64,000 bases of DNA from Octopus sinensis (Eukaryota): NCBI RefSeq assembly GCF_006345805.1, contig NC_043005.1, forward strand, positions 95,914,001-95,978,000. Reading direction: 5' to 3'. The position numbers and the translations under genes are program-made. Position 1 is the first letter of the stretch. Each line of letters opens with the position of its first letter. This document shows, in pieces, positions 36,120 to 49,472 of the stretch. The notes under the pieces are model-generated. The model was given only the letters and a program-made list of their open reading frames with translations, was not told the origin of the DNA and searched no databases.

Positions 36120-36360
36120 AAACACAAACGTAGAGAAGTTTTTGAAGTAAAAATTATTGAGATTTCTAAAAATACAAATAAGTGTGTACCAGTAAAAGAA
36201 TTTGGTGTTTCAGAGAATCTTGCAACAGACTGGAGAAAGATATCAAATTAACTTCAGATAATGTGATACATAGAATGTGCTGACAAAAGGTCAACCTTGC
36301 CAAGTGGCCACAAGAGGAAAAGATAGATGCTGAGTGTGTTTTTGGAAACTGCGAGGATAG
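36120..36360 (+). pseudogene. Degenerate pogo-type transposase N-terminus (Brinker/CENP-B-like HTH)
   Basis: Reads VKIIEISKNTNKCVPVKEFGVSENLATDWRK then AKWPQEE, resembling pogo DNA-binding domains. Confidence 0.5.
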
Positions 36361-37199
36361 AAATTATGTCCCCTACATGCAAAAAGGATCAAAGGAGGAC
36401 AAAGTTTTGAATTATAAAGGCAAGTACTGAATGTTAAACCAACTTCATGGGAAAAGTATGATTTAGTACTTCAGAACAGAATGAAAACTGCACAAAAGCT
36501 ATTTACCCATCTGGATGAAAGAGTTCTAGAGATTTATTTTTGGCATGATTTTTATAGCTGGATGCCCTTCAAAACACCAACCACATTACAGTGTGAAATG
36601 GATGCTTTTAATATGACACCAGCATTGGCAGAGTAACCAAATAACTCGCAAGACAAGGAATTATGACAGGAGCAGGGGCATTTGAGGAAGGGAACTTGTG
36701 TCAGAGGCTGAACGGTTAGAGTGTGACAAAGAGACAGAAGCAGGGCCTCACTACAACAGAGAGGATATTAGAGGATGTAATCCAGTATCAGATGATGAAA
36801 GGTAACAGAGAAATAGAGAGGTAGAAATAGGTGTGTTGCTATAGAGGAGATACATGGTTACAGAGAGAGGGGAGAGAGAAAGAGAAAGAGAGAAAAAGAG
36901 AGCGAGGTACAAGACAGAGGCCAGAAACAAGTGTGTTGATATAAAGGAGATAGTTGGTTACCCAGTCAGAGGAAAAACAAGGAGAGAGAGAGTGGCCAAG
37001 GGAGAGAGAGAGAGAGAGGGAGAGAGAGAGAGTAGAAAGCAGTAAAAAGTGTAAGAAAGAGCAGAAGAGAGATGGTGTAGTGGTAGGGTATACTCACAAG
37101 TAACCAGGGTCTGAGCATAGAACCTTGGTGGAAAAATAGGGTGTGGATGTAGTGGGTGGGGGCAGCAGCGATACAGTGTGTAGGGCAGTGAGGGCAAGA

Positions 37200-38096
37200 G
37201 CAATTAAACCAACTTTTGCACAAAAATTCTCATTAAACAACAAGGGAACTGGCAGAGAAAATGGAATGCTCCCACACTGTTATAGAGAAGTATTTTTACT
37301 CGATAGGAAAAATTCAGAAGTATGGAGCAATGGGTTCCGCATGCTTTAAGTGACAACAACAAAAATCAACAAGTCACAATCTCCTCTGGTTTGCTTGCTC
37401 GTCACTGCTCAACTCATGGACACAAGCAACAATTTCTTTACCAAATTGTTACTGGCGACGAAAAATGGCGCCTGTACATCAATATGAAGCAGCGTAAGGA
37501 ATGGCTTAGCGCCGGTAAACAAGCGACACCGAGTGTGAAACAAGATCTTCATCCGCGTAAAACAATGTGCGTATGGTGGGACTGGGAAGGGATTATCCAC
37601 TACAAATTCCTTGAATGGAACCAAACAGTCAATGCGGAACTCTATGTTCAACAGATGGAATGACTCAACTCGGCTATTCAAGAGAAAAGACCTAATCATC
37701 AGCATGGAGTTATTCTGCTGCACGACAACACCCGCCCTCATATCGCCAATATGACCAAGGAAGCCATTCAAACGCATGGCTGGGAAGTGCTGCAACACCT
37801 CCTGTACTCTTCTGATTTGGCACCAACGGATTTCCACCTCTTTTGAGCTCTTTCAAATGCTACGCGCGGATTTTCATTCAATACTGATACAGAATTGAGA
37901 GCTTGCTTGGATCAATTTTTCGAGTCAAAATCAGGTCATTTCTACCAACGAGGTATTGAAAATCTTGTAGAACGTTGGGAAGAAGTTGTAAATAACAAGG
38001 GTGAATACATTATTGATTAATTAGTTGTTATTTTTTATTAAACCTTTTAAAAAATTTAAATTTAAAAAAACAGGGGAAACTTAGTTGCCAACCTAA
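37200..38096 (+). mobile_element. 5'-truncated mariner
   Basis: WVPHAL, VTGDEKW, HDNTRPH and YSSDLAPTDFHLF; right TIR TTAGTTGCCAACCTAA|TA. Confidence 0.9.
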
Positions 38097-38098
38097 TA

Positions 38099-39312
38099 AT
38101 ATAGGGCAGGACCGCCTTTGGCAATAATTACAGCTTGAATTCTACAAGGTATGGACTCGTACAAAGTCTGAATTCTTTCCAAAGGAACTTTTATCCATTC
38201 TTCAGCTAAAACAGTCTCCAGTTCTTGTAGTGATGATGGAGGCGGATATCGACTCCTTACTTTTGTTTTTCTAAAATGTACCATTAATGTTCAATAATAT
38301 TGACGTCTGGGAAGTGCGGTGGCCAGATAAGATGTTCAACTTCCCTAGAATGTTCCTCATGCCATTCAGTGACAACTTTAGCTGGGTGAATTGGTGCATT
38401 ATCATCCTCAAAGACTGCGTTTCCCTCCAGAAACAGTTCTGCAACCAGAGGATGAATCTGATCAGATAAAATGCTTGACTATTAATTCTGCCAAGAAGGG
38501 AAACCATTGGGCCGGCAGATTTCCAAGATATAGCCCCCCACCTCAATCATCACAGATCTTCCTTCATGTTTAACAGTTGGAAGAAAGCAGTCTGAGTCAA
38601 ATGCTTCTTTTGGCTGTCTCCACACGTATACTCGGCCAGTGGTCAGAAATAAGGTAAAGGGTTTCTCATCTGAGAAAATAATATTCTTCCACTACTCTGG
38701 GGACCAATTCTGTAGATTTTTACTCCACTCTAAACGCTTTGCAATGTTTGTTTTTGAAAGTAGTGGTTTTCTGATTGCAGCCCTCCCGTGAAATCCGGCT
38801 TTGTGCAGCTCCCAGCTAACATTTTTTATGGAAACTGGGTTTTCGTGGTGGTCATTAAGCTCTGCAGTAATTCTGGGAGCTGTACTCTTGTGATCCTTTC
38901 TAACAATTCACAGAAGAGTCCAACAGTCCCTATCTGAAAGTTTTGGTTTTCTTCCGGAGTTTTGTTTTGACAAGGAAATTTTCCCCTCTTTCTCAAAGGC
39001 TGTCATTACTTTCAAGACAGTACTTCTTGATACACCAAACATTTTGGCTGTTTTCATTATGCTAGCACCTGCCATACGAGCACTAACAATTTGACCTCTT
39101 TGAAAGTCCTATAGATCTATCATTTTAATGAATTTTAATTATCTTTTTCTGATGATATCTAAAAAGAAACAGCAATTTTAGCAAAAGATATTAAGCAACA
39201 CTAATAATAAATCAAAAAACATAAAAATAAACAAGCTTTTGATGGTTTTATAGATATTTCAAAATTATGATGCTATGATGCTAGGTGTTTCCATTATTTT
39301 ATCCAAACCCTG
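38099..39312 (-). mobile_element. Degenerate Tc1-like transposon
   Basis: Minus-strand fragments DDNAPIH, WPPHFPDVNIIEH and EEW...IPCRIQAVIIAKGGP; one end CCCTG|TA at 39312, other TIR not seen. Confidence 0.85.
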
Positions 39313-39329
39313 TATATATATATATATAT

Positions 39330-39590
39330 ATCATCATCATCATCATCATCATTTAGCATCCGTTTTCTATGCTAGCATGGGTTGGACAGTTTCACTGGGG
39401 TCTGTGAAGCCGGAAGGCTTCATCAGGCCCAGTCAGATTTGGCAGTGTTTCTACGGCTGGATGCCCTTCCTAACGCCAACCACTCCGTGAGTGTAGTGGC
39501 TGCTTTTTACGTGCCACCTGCACAGGTGCCAGACAGAGCTGGCAAACGGCCACGAACGGATGGTGTTTTTTTCGTGCCACCGGCATATAT
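39330..39590 (-). mobile_element. RTE 3'-end-type copy with (GAT)n tail next to (AT)n
   Basis: Reverse complement of the 12200-12420 type sequence. Confidence 0.85.
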
Positions 39591-39894
39591 ATATATATAT
39601 GTACATACATAGTGTGTGTGTCATCATCATCATTTAACATACACTTTCTATGCCTGCATGGGTTAGATGAAATTTGTTGAGGCAGAATTTCTACAGCCAG
39701 ACACCCTTCCTGTTCCCAACTCTCATCCAATTCCAAGCAAGGTAATATTCCCCATGGCCAGACATGTTTTTCTGTGGAAGACAAGAAACAAATAACAATG
39801 CTTGCATGATGGCAATGCCTTCAGTTAATAACTCTATTGATATTTGAGTACTTAATAACAGTACACATTAGCTATAAACTAGGTTGCACTATAC

Positions 39895-40290
39895 TCTTTT
39901 ACTCCTTTACTTGTTTCAGTCATTTGACTGTGGCCATGCTGGAGCACTGCCTTTAGTCGAACAAATCGATCCCAGGACTTATTCTTTGTAAGCCTCGTAC
40001 TAATTCTATCAGTCTCTTTTGCCGAACTGCTAAGTTACGGGGACGTAAACACACCAGCATTGGTTGTCAAGCGATGGTGGGGGGACAAACACACACACAC
40101 ACACACACATACATATATACACATATATACGACAGGCTTCTTTCAGTTTCCGCCTACCAAATCCACTCACAAGGCTTTGGTTGGCCCGAGGCTATAGTAG
40201 AAGACATCCAAGGTGCCACACAGTGGGACTGAACCCAGAACCATGTGGTTGGTAAGCAAGCTACTTACCACACAGACACTCCTATGCCTA
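39895..40290 (-). mobile_element. tRNA-derived SINE family A
   Basis: Head, CA-microsatellite middle and GCTCCAGCATGGCCACAGTC tail shared with 51070-51515 and 52590-52920. Confidence 0.85.
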
Positions 40291-40514
40291 TATGACTATA
40301 GGTGATAGGTTGTTTAAATAAAGCAAGTGTTTGTTATAGATTAGTTTGGAAAGCTTCAGACGGATTTGCTTTGGTACATGCAATTGCACTAAGTTTGAAT
40401 TCTGCTATCTTGGGGCGGGATGTGATTATGAGTGACTGAAATATAATTGCACATAATGATTTAAAAAGGTCAATGAAGAAGGGTCTCAAACACAGGAAAT
40501 TGGGTAGGATACGT

Positions 40515-40800
40515 AGGTTTTAATTGTTTGACCGTGGTCAAGACAATGGAATTTACTATGTTACGCCAGACTTCACGGTCCATCATAGCATTACGGAGGT
40601 CCTGTTGCTGGATGCCTGTATCCCTGGAGATTACATCAGGGTAGGAGAGTGTGCGCCCTCTGGTATCACAAGCAGATGGCTTCCAGAGGAGAAGAGTAGA
40701 AGTTACCTCGTTTTCAGCTCTACAACAATGTCCAGCAAACTGGACTCTTCTACCTTTCACAAGAGATGATACAGGTGGTAGTTTCCCATATATTTGTACT
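40515..40800 (-). mobile_element. 3' fragment of an RTE-type LINE
   Basis: YGKLPPVSSLVKGRRVQFAGHCCRAENE...RGRTLSYPDVI...MMDREVWR. Confidence 0.75.
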
Positions 40801-41468
40801 TGAAATCGATTAAGAATTTTATAGTTAAGCCTTTGATACAAAATTAAGAGGAAGGTTTTGAAAACTAGAGACAAACTGTAACTGGTTTGTCGTAGGAATG
40901 AATTAGAAGGATGAACAAGGGTGATAGGGGAATAATCAGTTTTTAGTAAGCAAGAAGTTAAGGAATATATTAATGCATTGCAAGATGAATACTTTATGGT
41001 TCTAGTAAATATGGCAGGGGGAACTCTATGTCTTGTAATAATTCTGCTTGTTATTGCATTATTTAGCCCATTGGTAATGCTTTCACATGAAAGAGGGAGA
41101 AGGAAAGGGAGAGAGAAAAGGAGGGAGAGGAAAGCATCCATGATGTGAGGTAAAGGGAATGTAATTGTAACACTTTCATGTGAAGGGAAAGAGAGGAGAA
41201 AGAAAAAGGAGGGAGAAAAAGAAGATAAGGCGAAGAGTTAGAAAGATGCGGGAAGAAAAAGAGGGAGAGAGAAAAAGATGATATAACTGTTAGACAATCT
41301 AGCTTACTATGTATATATCTATATATAATATATGTGTGCATTTCTAGCTACTGTTGTCATATTAGGGTTTCATCAGGGGATGGTAATGCAAACAGCCTCA
41401 AACATTCCTTTGATGGCTGATTTTATGTTATTAACAAATGTCGATGACAGGTATAGTTTTCTCCTTAA

Positions 41469-42536
41469 CCCTTTCTTTACCAAACCGCCCAAAGCCGCCC
41501 GAAAAAAATTTTGGTTAATGTGATCAAGCCGCCCGTATTTACCTATTCATATTTAAATGAGAATATCAGAGCAAATCTCTTTAGTACATTCGTGAAAACA
41601 TGTGATTATACTTCATAAACAGTTCATCTACAGTTTTGTACAATGATCGAAGTGTAATTTTAATTCCGTGAATTTTGGGAGATTTTTTTCCGAAATTTGT
41701 TCCTATTGTGTTTTCAAAATTTGTAATTCTGACAAAAAATGGATACGAATTTCATTATATCAAGCAGCGAGTCAGAATTCGAAGGCTTTTCTACTGAAGA
41801 CCTTCATAAATCTAACTCTATGACTGAAAAAAAAAGCACGAGGTATTTGATAATGAATTCGATGTCTCATTTTCTGAAAGTGAAAACAGTGAATCCGAGA
41901 GCTCCAACAGTGATAAAGTAAATGAATTGGCACCTGAATGGAGTGAAAATTTAAAAACTGTTTCTTTCGGTGGTTTTTCTGAAGAAACTGGACCAAGCCA
42001 CAGACTTTCCCAGAAGAGTAAAGCCTTAGACTATTTCTTTTTACTTTTTTGAATGAGCCTATTTGAAATCATTACGGCGGAAACGAACCGTTACGCTAAA
42101 TGTAAACAAAGCAAAAGAAAGGATAGTTTGTGGTTTCCCACAACCTTAAATGAAATTAAGGCCTATTTTGCCATAAATATTATTATGGGTATCAGAAAGT
42201 TACCCAGAATAACAAATTCTATAGTAAAATTTTGTCGTATACCCAATTGAATATTAGCTAATAACCCATTTTCTACAGCAATGTTTGAACAAAAATTTTA
42301 ATAATTTTATATTTTGTTGAATTTACCTGTATCTACCTGCAATTAGAGTCACTTTGTGACAAAAATTATAGTATAGAATTATTTGAGAACATTTCATTAA
42401 ATTATCTTCCAAAAATCACATTAATATATTGATAAATAAAAAAGTTATAGTTGTTTAATGAAACCAGACTAAATTTATGATTATGTTAGAAATGAATTGA
42501 AACACATAAGGGGTCAGAAATATAGTAATGAAAGGG
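41469..42536 (+). mobile_element. Internally deleted piggyBac
   Basis: TTAA|CCCTTTC ... GAAAGGG|TTAA; acidic N-terminus then LFEIITAETNRYA...EIKAYFAINIIMGI; related 5' end at 59453-59531. Confidence 0.88.
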
Positions 42537-42739
42537 TTAAGGAAGATCCTTATACAAATGTTATATCAAAAGAGATGTAAAAATGGACATAACTTTTTAA
42601 TTACCAGACATAGATTATTCAAATAACACATGTAGGTAGACTAACTCTTCTTCCTTGCAGGCAAATAATAGGTTCCAAGCATCATTGACTTTTTGATGAA
42701 GAAGCAGTGCAGGCTATCCAACATTCACATAAATCTACA

Positions 42740-43020
42740 GGTTGTTAACGGAGATGACAAAGATTCCATGATATGAGATAGAAATGGCTGTGAAAAAGTG
42801 GATGGAACAGCGCATGCCAGAAATGTTTTCGAAGACGATTCAAGACATGGGTTCAAAAATGGCATAAATGCATCACTTGTGACAAAGACAATGTTGAATG
42901 TTACCATTAAACAGAGAACACGTTACTCTACCAACCTGTGCAATTTGAATGACTTATGTCAGTTACTAAAAAAAGTTATGCTCACTTTTGCACTACGTTT
43001 GGCAGAACTTTTGTAATAAC
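42740..43020 (+). mobile_element. Mariner 3' remnant
   Basis: EIEMAVKKWMEQ...KWHKCITCDKDNVE-like C-terminus across a frameshift. Confidence 0.5.
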
Positions 43021-43617
43021 TAAAGCAGCATCAGAACTTTCACACTCTTGGACTTACTCATAGTTAGAATGAGAAACATTGATGATTAGAATGTAAAATA
43101 CCTGATTCTCTAGTCCTTTACTGACCATGAGAAATGTTGTTAATGCAAGAAGTCAGGGACTAATTCTAATGCAGTTGATGGTAAAGTATCATCTCAGAGA
43201 TTACTGGTTTCATAGGCTTGTTCATTTTTAGCAGAAGAAACATTTGTGAAAGAAAAAAAGGCAGAGCAGTATAACTTTATTTAGCTCAAAATTGCTACAT
43301 CATATTTTTGTAATGTAAATGACACATCAGAAATACTCGAAAGAAAACCAAAACAGCAAGTTTCACTTATCCACAACCAACATGTATTGTGTACAAAGGA
43401 TGCAGCCAATTTTCTGTAACCAGAAAGAGAAATTATTATCATGAAATTCAGGATCATTATCAAATTTTGACACAAGGCCAGTAATTTTGGTGGAGATGTT
43501 AATTTAATTACATCAACCCCAGTACTCAGCTGGTATTTATTTTCTTCATCATCATAGTGTTTTCTATGCTGACATGCATAAATGAAATAATAACATTAAT
43601 AATCCTTTCTGCAATAG

Positions 43618-43885
43618 GCGTAGGGGGTGGCTGTGTGGTAAGTGGCTTGCTTACCAACCACATGGTTCCGGGTTCAGTCCCACTGCGTGGCACCTTGGGC
43701 AAGTGTCTTCTACTATAGCCTCAGGCCGACCAAAGCCTTGTGAGTGGATTTGGTAGATGGAAACGGAAAGAAGCCTGTCGTATATATGTATGTATATATA
43801 TATATATATTTGTCTGGGGTCGATTTGCTTGACTAAAGGCAGTGCTCCAGCATGGCCGCAGTCAAATGCGAAAGAGTAAAAGAAA
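43618..43885 (+). mobile_element. tRNA-derived SINE family A
   Basis: A box TGGCTGTGTGG, B box GGTTCAGTCCC, CCTTGGGCAAG core-like segment. Confidence 0.88.
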
Positions 43886-44034
43886 ATGACATTCTAAACA
43901 TGGTCAGTTGCTCTCTGAAAGATAACATTAGCTGTTTTAACTTTGTATGGAAGATATGTTCCGTCTTAAAAGCTCATTGGTGTAGCCATCGTAGCAACTT
44001 CTGCACCAGAATACATTTCTATCTGCTAATAAAT

Positions 44035-44320
44035 CATCATCATCATCATCATCATCGTTTAACGTCCGCTTTCCATGCTAGCATGGGTTGGACAATTTTG
44101 ACTGAGGGCTAGCAAACCAGATGGCTGCAACAGGCTCCAATTTTGATCTGGCAGAGTTTCTACAGCTGGATGCCCTTCCTAACGCCAACCACTCTGAGAG
44201 TGTAGTGGGTGCTTTTACGTGCCACCAGCACGAGGCCAGTCAGGTGGTACTGGCAACGACCTCGCTCGAATCTTTTACATATGCCACCGGCACAGGTGCC
44301 AGTAAGGTGACGCTAAATCT
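44035..44320 (-). mobile_element. RTE 3'-end-type copy with (GAT)n tail
   Basis: Reverse complement of the 2900-3213 type sequence. Confidence 0.82.
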
Positions 44321-44962
44321 GAAAAATAATTGATGACATACAGGGAATATTGATTCAGTATTTGGAATTGAATAAGAATCTGAACAAATACTTTCATTTT
44401 CTTTATAGTCTCCATATTTTTGAAGGGCATTTGATTTCATTTAGTAGGCCTGTTTATTCCCTCGGGACAATCCTCTGAAAGACCTTCATTAATAAGTTTC
44501 TTGAGCTTCACTACAACTAATGGATTAATGTGTAGAGCCTTACATGACCTGAAATTTCTTTGGGGAAGAATGTTAATCTTAAAACCTATTAATTTCATAA
44601 ATTATGTTGGAACTTCAAGTTCATGAATTAATCTTGAACTATCAACATTTATCACATCCAGTGAGATTTTTCTTCGCTTTCAGCAACAATAACATTTACA
44701 ATTTCTATTTTCTTATAAAATTTTCCCAATGAGCAATCCATCAAATTGCTTTAGTTTGAGATAGCATCTTCAAATTTGGGTTTATTCAAATCTAGCATTT
44801 CTGACATGTTATAACTGTCAGTGCATGTTACCAGGCCATACTAACAGCTTGTACTTGGTCACCAACTCTAACATATTCATTGCTTGTTACTTATTTTATC
44901 AAAGAAACTTGAATCAATAGTTGACCTACTAGCTATAATAGCTAAACTCTCCTGCTATACCA

Positions 44963-45279
44963 TCTCTATATATATAAACGGCAAAATGTCTGTCTGTGTG
45001 TGTGTCCTTTATACAAATTCACAATTTTTCAGTTAGAGGGCTAGCACTTTCTATGGTCATTCAAAACCATCCAAGGGTGGTCGTGCACATCTTTACATTT
45101 CCCCAGTCACCCAACAAAGCCATTAAAAATTAATAAACGTAACTTTTTTTTGCGAATTTTCTATCCAAAACCCAATCAAAATGCCCGAAACTTGATACGC
45201 CAATTGAATGCCAGTGGATTTGTATAAAGGACATGCACACACACACACACAGACATTTTGCCGTTTATATATATAGAGA
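44963..45279. mobile_element. 317-bp element bounded by two inverted Helitron-like 5' ends
   Basis: A|TCTCTATATATATAAACGGCAAAATGTCTGT...GTCCTTTATACAAAT on both strands. Confidence 0.75.
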
Positions 45280-45644
45280 TTATATATGTAAAGTAATTAC
45301 TTGTGAAAAGGGCTCTATCTTCTTGGCACTGAAACTCCAAATGAGGCTGTCTCCAAAGGGTTAACAATGGGAAAACATTGCCTTGTTTGGAAACAGGTGA
45401 GGGTTGGCAACAAGAAGGAAAATTTGTCTTGTCAAACTCTGTCTAACCCATGCAAATACGGAAAAGTGGACATTAAATTAATATAGAATAATGGTCATTA
45501 CAGGGGAAAGTGGGCTTTGTACTAAAACCTGCTGGATGGAACCAGTAAAGTGTGGGGACAACTAAAAGAAACAGGATATATATCCAAGTTAACAATACAA
45601 ACAGCAATTACAATAGCCATGGCAAGGTATTTTAGTTCAAAGGC

Positions 45645-45870
45645 GGCAAGGAGCTGGCAGAAACATTAGCACACCGGACGAAGATGCTTAGCGGTATTCT
45701 GTCTGCCGTTACATTCTGAGTTCGAATTCCGCAGAGGTTGACTTTGCCTTTCATCCTTTCGGGGTCGATTAAATAAGTACCAGTTATGCACTGGGGTCGA
45801 TATAATTGACTTAATCCGTTTGTCTGTCCTTGTTTGTCCTCTTTGTGTTTAGCCCCTTGTGGGTAGTAAA
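45645..45870 (+). mobile_element. tRNA-derived SINE family B
   Basis: TGGCAGAA head, B box GTTCGAATTCC, body GTTGACTTTGCCTTTCATCCTTTCGGGG; further copies at ~30010-30200, 35170-35390 and 48480-52560. Confidence 0.88.
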
Positions 45871-45912
45871 GAAATAGGTATTTTAGTTCACAAACATTAA
45901 CCAACTAACATA

Positions 45913-47172
45913 CGAGGGACGTTCAATAAGTAATGCCCCTGACCCACTTGCAGTTGTTTGATCTAGCTGAAATTTTGCATGTGCAATTATTTATATCTCT
46001 ATAGATTAAGTAGCAAATTACAGGTGTTTGAACTGAGTCAAGTGTGAAGTGGAGCCTGTTGAGTGTCGAGCAGTGACCCGGTTTTTGTATTTGAAAGGAC
46101 GCACACCACGGGAGACTTTTGATGAAATGAAAGTAACTTATGGTGATGATGCCCCATCATATGACCTTGTAAAACGCTGGCATCGTGAATTCAAACATGG
46201 TCGGAACTCTGTGGAAACAGCTCTCAGATCTGGTCACCCCCTTCTGCCATTGATGAGGCATCTGTCCGTCAAGTTGAGGCTGCCATTTTGGAAGATCGAC
46301 GCATAACTATTCGCCAAATAGCCCATGAGGTCAAGATTAGTACCGGGTCTGTGGAAACTATCATTCATGACCATTTGCATATGCAAAAGGTGTCTGCCAG
46401 ATAGATTCCCAGGTTGCTCACACCTTTCCAGAAGCAAAAATGCGTCGAGAGCTCAAGGATGAATTTGGAGATGTGCCAAGAAGATGAGTCAAAATTTTTC
46501 AAAAGACTGATTACACAGGATGAAACCTGGGTCCATCACTATGATCCAGAGACCAAAGCCCAGTCAATGCAGTGGAAGCACCGTGACACACCTCCTCCAA
46601 AGAAGGCAAGGGTGCAGCCCTCCGCTGGCAAGGTCATGCTCACAGTCTTCTGGGACCAGGACATAGTAGTGATGACAGATTTCCTGGCAAAGGCTACCAC
46701 AATTACAGGAGCCTATTATGCTTCACTTTTGAGGAAATTAAGAGAAGCTATCAAAATCAAGAGGGGGGGCAAGATCAGCAAAGGCATTCTCCTCCTGCAG
46801 GACAACGCTCCGGTCCACAACTCGCGTGTCGCCAGATCAGAAGCACAGGCATGCAGCTATGAACTCCTCCCCCACCCCCCTACTCTCCTAACCTTGCACC
46901 CTTTGATTTTCACCTCTTCCCAGCCATGAAGTTGTTTTTGAAAGGAAAGTGTTTCCCAGATGATGCAGCCTTGATTTCTGAAGTCACGTCGTGGTTGGAG
47001 GACTAAGCTGGGGTCTTTTACAAAAACGGTCTCCAGAGCTGCATCAAACGATGGGAGAAATGTGTAACTCTGGGTGATTCCTATGTAGAAAAAGACTAAT
47101 AACTGTGCCAAGTTTCGTTGCTCTACTGCTATGGGAAGTGGGTCAGGGGCATTACTTATTGAACGCCCCTCG
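45913..47172 (+). mobile_element. Full-length degenerate mariner (irritans-like, 1260 bp)
   Basis: TA|CGAGGGACGTTCAATAAGTAATGCCCCTGACCC and its near mirror at the right end |TA; ITQDETWVHHYDPETK and LQDNAPVH; stops and frameshifts. Confidence 0.93.
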
Positions 47173-49472
47173 TATCAGACAAAAAATCACACAAAGCAGG
47201 ACAAATAAGAATCTAATAAAATGAGATTCTAGAAGCTTCAGCAAACAATATGTCTAAAGTCTGTCACTTGTCAGTGTTAGATGGGACAGTGTGGAGAGCC
47301 TCAGGTTAGTCAGGTGAACATTCAGCACACACACATTAAATGAATTCTGACTAGCCTCTAAAACACCAATCCCTATTCAGCATCCTCATTCATGTATAGA
47401 GTAACTCTATCCCCATCCCTGATCACATTAACATCCTGTGGTATAGTATTCGACTGCTTGTAATATAATGTTGCATTCCTATAGCTCTTGTAACAAATAA
47501 AAACTTGAAGTGTGATTGATTAGATTAACAATGTCAATGTATGAGAGACAGCATAGTGTCTCTCATACTGTCTTGTCATAAAAATGAAGGAAAGGAATTG
47601 TAAATGTGCCTGAGGTGAAGGTTGGAGTGTCAGGTGCTCGCTTACTCAAAGCCTAAATAAAGGATGATAGTTTTCTATGAAGGTCATTTGCTAATGATTC
47701 AGTTTACTAAAGGTTCCATGTTAATAGAGTATCTTGGATGAATTGAAGGATAAGATGAATAAATGAAAGGAATGTATGGAGTTAAAAGATATGAAGGTAA
47801 ATAAGAAAAAGAGAAAGCTGTGGCAAGGTGGAAAAAACTGGGAAGCAGTTGTGTGCATTGAACACGAATGGGTGTTGGGGAGTGAACTGCATAAACTTTA
47901 CAATTAGCACTAAGTGGGTTCTTAAAAAATGTAGTGGGGTAAGGGTTTTTTTTTCCTTATAAGATTTCTTTCATTGTGATAATACTTCAAAATACAAGTT
48001 TTATGAAGCAGCTTCTCATTTTAATCAATATGAAATAATTAAAATCATTGCACAGGAAAAGCAAAACCTAAAATATTTCATAAAAGGAAATAGAAAATAA
48101 GGTCATTTTCTAATAAATGGTGAACCTACTATCAAGTTTCTGATTTATGGTAAACTTATTTTGTTTTAATCCTATTTAAATACTTGGCTTAAGGAAAATT
48201 TACCAACAAATTCACTAACAAGCAATTGACTAATTGACCTAATCATGATTTCAATAAAAGAATTTTTAAAACTGCAAATATGAATTATAAAATATATCTT
48301 TAAAAAATATGTAAACATTGATAAAACTGAAAGTATTTCTAAAATGAGAGATTATGAGCTAAGCTGGATCAGCCCATAACTTTCTTATTCATTTCAAGGA
48401 TTAATGTTCCTAATCAGGGAACTGTTCATCAGTGAAATTATGTTTACTCTATAATTAAGTATTAATTAAAAAGCCAGCAAGCTGGCAGAATCATTAACAC
48501 GCCAGGCAAAATGTTTAGCATCATTTCATTGATCCTTACATTCTGAGTTCAAATTCCACTGAGGTTGACTTTGCCTTTCATCCTTTCGAGGTTGATAAAT
48601 TAAGTACCAGTTGAGTACTGGGGTTAATGTAATCAACTTGTCCCCTCCCCACAAAATTTCAGGCCTTGTGTCTTTAGTAGAAAAGATTATTATTATTATT
48701 ATTATTGAGGTTGTGAGCTGGCAGAACTGTCATCATGTCAGACCTTGTGGCATTTCCTCTGTCTTTACGTTCTGAGTTCAAATTCTGCCAAGGTTGGCTT
48801 TGCTTTTATTCTTTTGGGATAGATAAAATAAGTACCAGTCAAGCACTGGGGGTCAGTGTAATCGACTTACCTCCTCCCCTGAACTTGCTGGCCTTGTGCC
48901 TTTGGCAGAAAGGATTATTAATATTATTATTTCATTTATGCATACCAGCATAGAAAACAGACATTAAATGATGATGATGATGATTATGATGACAATGATG
49001 AGACTAGACTGTTGGAAAAAAAGTCCTCACATCAGGCTACAAGAAACCGTAGATGCCTAGAACCTTCCTAAGTATCCTAGCTGTCCCTAATAATACTATT
49101 TTCTGGAGCTACACTAAAATAGGTTTTATGCCTATTTCTTCTATCCATCTGTTCAAATCTTTAAGAATAGTTCCTAATGTACGTATATAACTACAGGGAT
49201 ACATTTTACCTGCACTTTCCATAGCCTCTGTAACTCAATGGCCAGGTCCTGGTGCTTTGCTATTTTCTCTAAACCTCTTATATTGAGTCTGTAAAGCCAA
49301 TTACTTGTCAGTTTCTATTCTCTTTGTCTACTACTATTAAATCAGGCCTTCTAGCTTCTATTACAGTGATCAGTTTGAATGTTAAAGTTCCACAACAGTT
49401 TATATTTCATACTTTCTAGCATTTTACTAGGTTAATGTTCATACCACTTATCAATATGGCCAAATCTAAGCA

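Noticed and set aside
41335-41390. Minus-strand CTGATGA...GAAATGCAC
   Set aside because: No stem I or stem II pairing; chance occurrence is plausible in AT-rich DNA
43618-43700. tRNA gene
   Set aside because: A/B boxes run into a SINE body found many times in the window; no complete cloverleaf
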